A stretch of DNA of 64,000 nucleotides, taken from NCBI GenBank assembly GCA_902787955.1, contig CADAIJ010000005.1, forward strand, positions 34,049-98,048, read 5' to 3'. The position numbers and the translations under genes are program-made. Of the stretch, positions 54,613 through 64,000 are shown piece after piece. This DNA is from an uncultured Erysipelotrichaceae bacterium (GTDB lineage Bacteria > Bacillota_I > Bacilli_A > RFN20 > CAG-826). The notes under the pieces were generated by a model. The model did not search any database. It saw only the letters and a program-made list of their open reading frames with translations, and had not been told where the DNA came from. Every line of letters begins with the position of its first letter. Within the stretch, counting starts at the first letter, position 1.

Positions 54613-57230
54613 TATTCTTCGCTATCTCCTAATTCAGTAGCATCAGTCATTGGAGCGTCATCAACTTCTGGAACGCTTTCGACTGGTACTTCTTCAATAA
54701 CATCTTCACCTTCTTCACCATCATCATGTGGGACAACAGTGATAGATGTGACTTTAGATTTATCATCATCAAGTCTAATGACACGGACACCTTGAGTATT
54801 TCTACCCGCAACTTTAACTTGTTCAAGTGGAATACGGATAATAATACCACCAGTAGTGACCATCATTAAATCTTCATCGCCATTAACTGCTCTTAAAGCA
54901 ACTAAACGGCCAACTTTTGGTGTGCAGTTAAGGGTGACAACACCTTTGGTGCCTCTATGTTTTGGTGTGTAATCATAGACTTCAGTCATCTTACCATAGC
55001 CATTCTTGGAAATAGCTAAGATATATTTACCTTCAAGTGAGGTAGCAACACCGACGATTGGTGAACCATCAGTATCCATACCGATAACACCACTTGCGGT
55101 TCTACCTAATGGTCTAACTTCTTCCCAAACTTTGAAGGTTGCAACTTTACCTTTAGCAGTAGCTAAAGAAACTATTGTTTGATCATCGATATGTTTAACA
55201 TCGAATAATTGATCGCCTTCTCTTAAAGCAATGGCAATCTTACCATTTCTTCTAATTGATTCAAATTCGGAAAGTTTGGTACGTTTGACAAGACCGTTTT
55301 TGGTAATAAAGAAGAGGTAATGATCTGGGTTATATTCATCAAGAGAAATGATGGACATAATCTTCTCACCTTTTTCTAAATTGAGTAAATTTTGAATAGG
55401 AAGTCCCTTAGAAATTCTACTTCCTTCAGGAATCATATATCCTCTTAAGCGGTAAACACGGCCTAAAGATGAGAAGAATAAGATGTCGGTATGAGTATGG
55501 GTATGAACCATAATTGAGACATTATCTTCATCATTAGTGGACATACCTTTAACACCACGACCACCTCTATGTTGAGTACGGAAGATATCAGCTTCCATAC
55601 GTTTCACATAGTTATTGGTGGTTAAAGTAATAACGATGTCTTTTTGTGGGATGAGAGCTTCGTCTTCAATAGAAGCGGAAGCGTCACTGATTTCAGTTCT
55701 TCTTTCATCACCATATTTTTCTTTAATTTCAAGTAATTCTTGAACGACAACTTCGATAACATTTTCTCTTGATTCAAGAATATGTTTGTAGTTCGCAATA
55801 GCTTCTTCGAGTTGTTTTCTTTCTTCTTCAAGTTTAGAAGCTTCTAAGCCAGTTAATCTACGAAGGGTCATCGCTAAGATAGCGTTAGTTTGTTCTTCGC
55901 TGAATTCATATTTTTCAATTAACTTATTAGCAGCGTCTTCTGGGGTATCAGCATGTCTAATGATATGAATAATATCATCGATATAATCGATAGCTTTAAG
56001 TAAACCAACAACGATGTGATCTCTAGCTTCCGCTTTATCAAGTAAGAAACGAGTTCTTCTTTCAATAACTTGAACTTGGAAGTTTAAGTATTCTTTTAAG
56101 ATATCGGTAATTGGTAAAATCTTTGGTGCGCCATCAACTAAGCAAAGCATGATGATAGACATACTTGTTTGAAGTTGAGTCATCTTATAGAGTTGGTTAA
56201 GAATGACTTCTGGGATGGAGTCATGTCTAACATCGATAACCACTCTAATTTTGCCTTTAGAAGATTCATCACGAATATCAGTAATACCTTCAATGACTTT
56301 ATCTCTTACTAAGTGAGCAATTGATTCAATCATTGTAGCCTTATTAACTTGATATGGGATTTCGGTAATAATGATTTGTTTTTTACCACTATGTTCATTT
56401 TCTTTAACTTCCGCTTTAGAACGGATAACGATACTACCAGTACCAGTTTCATAAGCTTCTTTGATGCCAGAGCGACCTAAAATAATCGCACCAGTTGGGA
56501 AGTCTGGACCATAGAGGTAATTTTGCATAATTTCAAGTGGAGTAATTTCTGGATTATGAGCAACTGCCACAACCGCATCGATAACTTCACCTAAATTATG
56601 AGTTGGAATATAAGTAGCCATACCAACCGCGATACCGTTACTACCATTAACAAGTAAGTTAGGGAAACGAGATGGTAAGACTTCAGGTTCTTGTTCAGTG
56701 CCATCATAGTTATCAACAAAGTTGACAGTGTCACTATTGATGTCACGTAACATTTCCACTGCGTATTTAGTCATTCTAGCTTCGGTATAACGCATAGCCG
56801 CTGGTTCATCACCATCGACAGAACCGAAGTTACCATGTCCATCAACGAGAGTGTATCTCATAGAGAATGGTTGAGCTAAACGAACTAATGTGGAATAAAT
56901 AGCAGCGTCGCCGTGTGGGTGGAATTTACCCATAACATCACCAACGATACGCGCACATTTTTTATATGGAGAGTTTGGTGTCATTCCTAAGACGTGCATA
57001 CCATAGATAACTCTACGGTGAACTGGTTTACAACCATCACGAACATCAGGAATAGCACGGCTAACGATAACCGACATAGCGTAGTCAAGGAAGCTTGATC
57101 TTACTTCTTTAGCTAAATCAGTATCACGGAGACCAGGAACGATGCCTTCTTCAATTTGTTCTAATTCTTCTTCGTTAACTTCAGATTCTTCTTCTTCGTT
57201 AACTACTTCATTTTTAATTTCATCTGCCAT
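54612..57230 (-). CDS. gyrA: DNA gyrase subunit A
   Basis: AMSVIVSRAIPDVRDGCKPVHRR and AAMRYTE (active-site Tyr) are present. The C-terminal beta-pinwheel is followed by an acidic tail. Confidence 0.97.
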   Translation of the reverse strand: MADEIKNEVVNEEEESEVNEEELEQIEEGIVPGLRDTDLAKEVRSSFLDYAMSVIVSRAIPDVRDGCKPVHRRVIYGMHVLGMTPNSPYKKCARIVGDVMGKFHPHGDAAIYSTLVRLAQPFSMRYTLVDGHGNFGSVDGDEPAAMRYTEARMTKYAVEMLRDINSDTVNFVDNYDGTEQEPEVLPSRFPNLLVNGSNGIAVGMATYIPTHNLGEVIDAVVAVAHNPEITPLEIMQNYLYGPDFPTGAIILGRSGIKEAYETGTGSIVIRSKAEVKENEHSGKKQIIITEIPYQVNKATMIESIAHLVRDKVIEGITDIRDESSKGKIRVVIDVRHDSIPEVILNQLYKMTQLQTSMSIIMLCLVDGAPKILPITDILKEYLNFQVQVIERRTRFLLDKAEARDHIVVGLLKAIDYIDDIIHIIRHADTPEDAANKLIEKYEFSEEQTNAILAMTLRRLTGLEASKLEEERKQLEEAIANYKHILESRENVIEVVVQELLEIKEKYGDERRTEISDASASIEDEALIPQKDIVITLTTNNYVKRMEADIFRTQHRGGRGVKGMSTNDEDNVSIMVHTHTHTDILFFSSLGRVYRLRGYMIPEGSRISKGLPIQNLLNLEKGEKIMSIISLDEYNPDHYLFFITKNGLVKRTKLSEFESIRRNGKIAIALREGDQLFDVKHIDDQTIVSLATAKGKVATFKVWEEVRPLGRTASGVIGMDTDGSPIVGVATSLEGKYILAISKNGYGKMTEVYDYTPKHRGTKGVVTLNCTPKVGRLVALRAVNGDEDLMMVTTGGIIIRIPLEQVKVAGRNTQGVRVIRLDDDKSKVTSITVVPHDDGEEGEDVIEEVPVESVPEVDDAPMTDATELGDSEE

Positions 57231-57249
57231 AGTTTAAAGTCTCCTTTCA

Positions 57250-60315
<3,066 letters not shown>

Positions 60316-60326
<11 letters not shown>

Positions 60327-60543
60327 TTCTGATTTCGTAGACTTTGTTTAGAATTTCAACTTTATCTCCATCTCTAAGTTTTCTTCCTCTACGATTATCA
60401 ACTTCACCATTGATGATGACTTCATTTTCAGAAAGGAAGAACTTCGCTTCTCCTCCAGTAGAAATCACATCAGCGTATTTAAGAAATTGGCCGAGAGTAA
60501 TAAATGGAGATGTGATAGTGATTTTTTCAGTTTTTTTATTCAT
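60316..60543 (-). CDS. yaaA: S4-domain RNA-binding protein YaaA
   Basis: The ORF is 75 aa, has ITLGQFLK...NGEVDNRRGRKLRDGD, and sits in the conserved position between dnaN and recF. Confidence 0.85.
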
Positions 60544-60573
60544 AAAAAAGTCGCTTTCTCTGCTCTAGAAGGA

Positions 60574-60582
60574 ATTATACCA
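60574..60582 (-). promoter_or_regulatory. Extended -10 element (TGGTATAAT) upstream of yaaA-recF-gyrBA
   Basis: The minus strand reads TGGTATAAT about 30 nt upstream of the yaaA ATG. Confidence 0.3.
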
Positions 60583-60723
60583 CAATAATTTTATATAGGG
60601 AATAAAATATTCCCTTAAATTATTAGAGAGCTTTAAAGGGCGATTTTAAGCGAAATAGAGATAAAAGAAAAAGAGACCTCTCGTGAAGCCTCTTCATCAT
60701 TAAAAGTTGTTAGTAAAATTTGA

Positions 60724-61842
60724 TTATGATCTAAGTGGTGTAACAAGCATATCGATAGTTTGATCATTTTGATTTTTCACTACGAATGGTTTCATTTCAC
60801 CGATAAAGCAGATAGTTACATCTTCACTTCTTAAAGCCTTAATTGCATCGCTAACAAAGGATGCTCTAAAGCTAATTTCAAATCTATCTCCTTCGAATTG
60901 ATACATGTTGATTTTTTCGTTCGCAGAACCCATTGTGGCGCTTCGAGAAATGATTTCAACGCTTTCATCAGACATGAGAAGTTTAATAACTCCATCACGG
61001 TCACTTGAAAGGATAGAAACACGTTCCATCGCGTTGATAAATTCTTTAGAATTTACATGTAAGTAATAATTGAATACCTTTGGAACAATATTTCTAGTGT
61101 TTGGATATTCACCATTTGTTAATCTAGTGGAAATAATTGTGTTATTAAAAGCGAATTGAGCTTTCTTATCAGAGATAGAAACTTCAATCATTTCTGCACC
61201 TTCAAAGCTATGAACAATGTCTAAGAATTTCTTAGCAGGAACATTGACTGAGAAGTGAACATCGTTATCGATTTCGATTCTTTTACGAGCAAGTCTAGCA
61301 GTATCTGTTGCGGTTGCGGTGAGCACATTATTATTGGCTTCAAGATTGACTGCGGCTAAAACTGGTCTAGCTTCTTTTGTAGAGGCCGCAAAGGCGGTTT
61401 GTTCGACTAAGGCGAGTAAATCATCACCCCTAATTGAAAACACGCTTCCAACAGGGTTTAAATCGATTTCTGGATACTCATCTGCACTTATTGAATTGAG
61501 CTTGAAGTTAGATCTTCCATCATCGAGTCTTAAAATTGTGCCATCGATGAGTTCAAAGGATACCTCTTCGCCTTCCATTCTACGGACGACTTCAAGAAGG
61601 ATTTTGCTACCGATAAGAACTGCACCATATTGGTAGTTTCTAATTACATCTAATTCACCAATTTTATATGGGACAGTAACACGAATATTCATATTAGAAT
61701 CACTACCAGTAATTTCTAAACCTTTATCGTTAAGTTCAATTTTGACGTTTGCTAAGATTGGGAGTTCGACTTTTTGTGGAACTGCTTTTGAGACTGGGCC
61801 TAAAGCTTTTACTAATTGTTCACGATTGATTGTAAATCTCAT
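60724..61842 (-). CDS. dnaN: DNA polymerase III subunit beta (sliding clamp)
   Basis: MRFTINREQLVKAL.., the three-domain length of 372 aa, and the position after dnaA support the call. Confidence 0.96.
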   Translation of the reverse strand: MRFTINREQLVKALGPVSKAVPQKVELPILANVKIELNDKGLEITGSDSNMNIRVTVPYKIGELDVIRNYQYGAVLIGSKILLEVVRRMEGEEVSFELIDGTILRLDDGRSNFKLNSISADEYPEIDLNPVGSVFSIRGDDLLALVEQTAFAASTKEARPVLAAVNLEANNNVLTATATDTARLARKRIEIDNDVHFSVNVPAKKFLDIVHSFEGAEMIEVSISDKKAQFAFNNTIISTRLTNGEYPNTRNIVPKVFNYYLHVNSKEFINAMERVSILSSDRDGVIKLLMSDESVEIISRSATMGSANEKINMYQFEGDRFEISFRASFVSDAIKALRSEDVTICFIGEMKPFVVKNQNDQTIDMLVTPLRS

Positions 61843-62016
61843 TTAATGCCCCTCCTTTTTATTATTAATTTTTGGAATTTTTAGTTAGTTAGTTTAGTTA
61901 TTTGTTTTAGTAATAATATTAATTAGTGTTGATAATGTGGATAAGTTTTGTTTCTATCAAATAATTCTACCAAACATTTTCTTTATTTTGAACACATATT
62001 ATTAATATTAATAAAA
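61843..62016. other. oriC part 2: dnaA-dnaN spacer with tandem DnaA boxes and an AT-rich candidate unwinding element
   Basis: TGTTGATAA (61927-61935) and TGTGGATAA (61936-61944) lie in tandem. They are preceded by TAGTAATAATATTAATTAG (61908-61926) and the AT-rich ttagttagttagtttagtta tract. Confidence 0.6.
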
Positions 62017-63384
62017 TTATGATTTGAGTAACTTCTTAATATCGTTAACAGCGGTCTGGATTAAGACGTTAGTTTTCAACTCTTTTTCCACTTTTTTACA
62101 ACCTGACATAACAGTGGAATGATCTTTACCAGAGAATGTCATGCCAATCTTCGTGTATGGTACATCTAACATTTCTTTAATAAGATACATACATATGTGA
62201 CGTGGAAGAACGAGATTACCCATTCTAGAACGGCCAGTTATTTGGGATGGAGTTAAACTATAATAATCCGCGACAGTGTTAATAATTTTTTGCTCATTAA
62301 TTTTAGTTTTTGATTCCTTGATATCAATGAGTGGTTGAAGTGCTTCAAACGCAACATTCATAGTAATATGTGATGTAGGATTTACTGATGTAGTGTAAAA
62401 CACTAATTTATGTAAAGCTTCATCGATACTACGAATATTTTTCGAGAATTTTTCCGCGATAAATTCAAGAACTTCTTGATCAAAACTCTCTAAATTAATA
62501 GGAGAAGAATTGATCTTAGATTTAAGAATGTTTACACAAGTGGCAACATCTGGATTATTGATTTCCATAGTTAAGCCAGATTGGAAACGAGAGACAAGTC
62601 TTTCTTCAAACCCTTTGAGTTGCTGTGGGTGTTTATCACTTGTGATAACAATTTGTTTACCAGCGTTATACATTTTAGTGAAGACTTGGAAGAAGAATTT
62701 CTCAGTTTGTTCTTTACCAGCGACGATTTGAATATCATCGACAAGTAAGATGTCATGAGAAGCGATGTATTGTTTAAGTTTTTCACCACTATCTTCTCCA
62801 CGAACCACCATAATGAATTCACTGACAAAGTCATCAGATGTAACATAAAGGACTTTGCGGTTTGGGCTTGTTTCTTTGATGTAGTTTGCTATAGCAAAAA
62901 GTAAGTGAGTTTTACCTAATCCAGAGTTCGAATAAATGAATAATGGATTATATAATTTACCTGGGTTTGAGGCGATAAGAAGAGCAGCTTGTTGTGCTGC
63001 TTTATTGTATGGACCAACGACAAAGTTATCGAAGGTTTCATTTGGGTTAATGATCGAAGAAGAATAATATTCAGGTTTAAATTCCTTAGTTTCTTTTTCT
63101 TCTTCTTTCACTTTCATAGCTTCTTTGTCACCGAAAACTACCTTTGCATTAGCGTTACCAGTAGCGTTTTGAGCAGCAGTATTAAATATTTCAGCATATT
63201 TTGATGAAAGTAATGAAACTGCTAACATTGAGTTAAGGCCAACTGATAAAACATTTTTCTCATATGATTGAAGGAAAGAATCACCAATAAAGGCGTCATA
63301 AATCCTTGCATCATTTATTTGATCCTTCACATCGTCTAAGATACGAGACCAAAGACGGTGAAGTTCTGTAACATTTTCTGCCAT
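62017..63384 (-). CDS. dnaA: Chromosomal replication initiator protein DnaA
   Basis: AAA+ Walker A GLGKTHLL, LLVDDIQ, and the C-terminal DNA-binding domain (..FSGKDHSTVMSGCKKV..) are present. Confidence 0.97.
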   Translation of the reverse strand: MAENVTELHRLWSRILDDVKDQINDARIYDAFIGDSFLQSYEKNVLSVGLNSMLAVSLLSSKYAEIFNTAAQNATGNANAKVVFGDKEAMKVKEEEKETKEFKPEYYSSSIINPNETFDNFVVGPYNKAAQQAALLIASNPGKLYNPLFIYSNSGLGKTHLLFAIANYIKETSPNRKVLYVTSDDFVSEFIMVVRGEDSGEKLKQYIASHDILLVDDIQIVAGKEQTEKFFFQVFTKMYNAGKQIVITSDKHPQQLKGFEERLVSRFQSGLTMEINNPDVATCVNILKSKINSSPINLESFDQEVLEFIAEKFSKNIRSIDEALHKLVFYTTSVNPTSHITMNVAFEALQPLIDIKESKTKINEQKIINTVADYYSLTPSQITGRSRMGNLVLPRHICMYLIKEMLDVPYTKIGMTFSGKDHSTVMSGCKKVEKELKTNVLIQTAVNDIKKLLKS

Positions 63385-63900
63385 AAAACCTCTCTATCAA
63401 CGACAAAATTATAGTATGGTTTTTAAGATATTTAAAGTAATTATTTAACTAATTTATTTTTTATCTACAAAATGTAACAAAATGAAACAAAAAGTTAGCG
63501 AAATCTAATTGAGTTATCCACATTTTCGAAGTGTGAATTTTTATGGCTGTGAATTGGTGTGGAAAACTAAAATATTTTTAATTAACATTTTGGCTAAGTT
63601 TTACACACGTTTCTTATTCTAATATAAATATATTATAGATATATACGCATACACATACACGTTATCCACACGTTGTGGAAACCATATTTTTTGTGGATAA
63701 TAAATATTTTTCTTGACAAGATTTTTAATGAAATTGTGGATAAAATTATTCTTTTTCTTCACATTTTGAAATTTGTGTGGATAATCTTGAAAATTTTTAC
63801 TGAAAACGCTTTCAAAAATTAAGTATTGTGTTGATAATTTTTTGGTATATATTTATTAAATTTTTATCCCATAATTTTCTCTTGTCAAACACATCTTAAA
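63385..63900. other. oriC part 1: DnaA-box cluster upstream of dnaA
   Basis: Perfect TTATCCACA/TGTGGATAA boxes lie at 63514-63522, 63662-63670, 63692-63700, 63735-63743 and 63776-63784. One-mismatch boxes lie at 63558-63566, 63674-63682 and 63829-63837. Confidence 0.85.
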
Positions 63901-63946
63901 TTATTTTATTTTTCCTTCCTATTTAGTTTTATCTTTTCAAAATTCT

Positions 63947-63975
63947 TTGACTTAAAATCTACGCGCATATATAAT
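63947..63975 (+). promoter_or_regulatory. Strong sigma-70-like promoter reading out of the window (position expected for rpmH)
   Basis: TTGACT, a 17 nt spacer, then TATAAT. An AGGAGAA Shine-Dalgarno at 63993-63999 follows at the window end. Confidence 0.5.
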
Positions 63976-64000
63976 TTTGTTCGCGTGTAGACAGGAGAAT

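Overview
This is an AT-rich, gene-dense chromosomal window that includes the replication origin of a low-GC Bacillota or Mollicutes-like bacterium. I cannot assign a genus from sequence alone. The genetic code is standard: a complete RF2 gene is present with the classical TGA-dependent +1 frameshift, and TGA ends ordinary genes such as the Y-family polymerase. From right to left on the minus strand the origin region reads: rpmH-type promoter, DnaA-box cluster, dnaA, AT-rich spacer with DnaA boxes, dnaN, yaaA, recF, gyrB, gyrA, a glycosyltransferase, serS. The rest is mostly housekeeping genes. They are a small SRP RNA plus tadA; a P-type ATPase/psuG/TetR/membrane-protein string; mscL, degV, rpmE and metG; a putrescine pathway (fused speA-aguA plus aguB); a YfhO membrane protein; the dnaX-ybaB-recR-tmk-holB-ricT-rsmI block; and prfA-prmC-tsaC-rpiB, comFA-comFC, secA-prfB and uvrB. 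Further left lie secG, folD, an M29 aminopeptidase, DUF1846, type I glnA, a Y-family polymerase with YolD, tRNA-Ala(CGC), a LysR regulator with an aminotransferase, and pyrG. The left 4 kb is the only clearly non-core part. There a type III glutamine synthetase sits between two dead purine-gene fragments (a guaA 3' piece and a purB 5' piece). These are followed by about 500 nt of ORF-free, hairpin-rich sequence and a DUF4143-type AAA ATPase that runs off the window edge. I did not find a convincing multi-gene novel system such as a defence island, CRISPR array or intact mobile element. The observations most worth follow-up are: (1) the single-polypeptide arginine decarboxylase/agmatine deiminase fusion; (2) the ORF-free structured region at 845-1353; (3) an 18-23 nt motif present three times that contains the perfect palindrome TTCCTATAGGAA; and (4) the gene-decay scars around the type III GS gene. 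All protein calls rest on my reading of the translations and recognised motifs. No database search was run.
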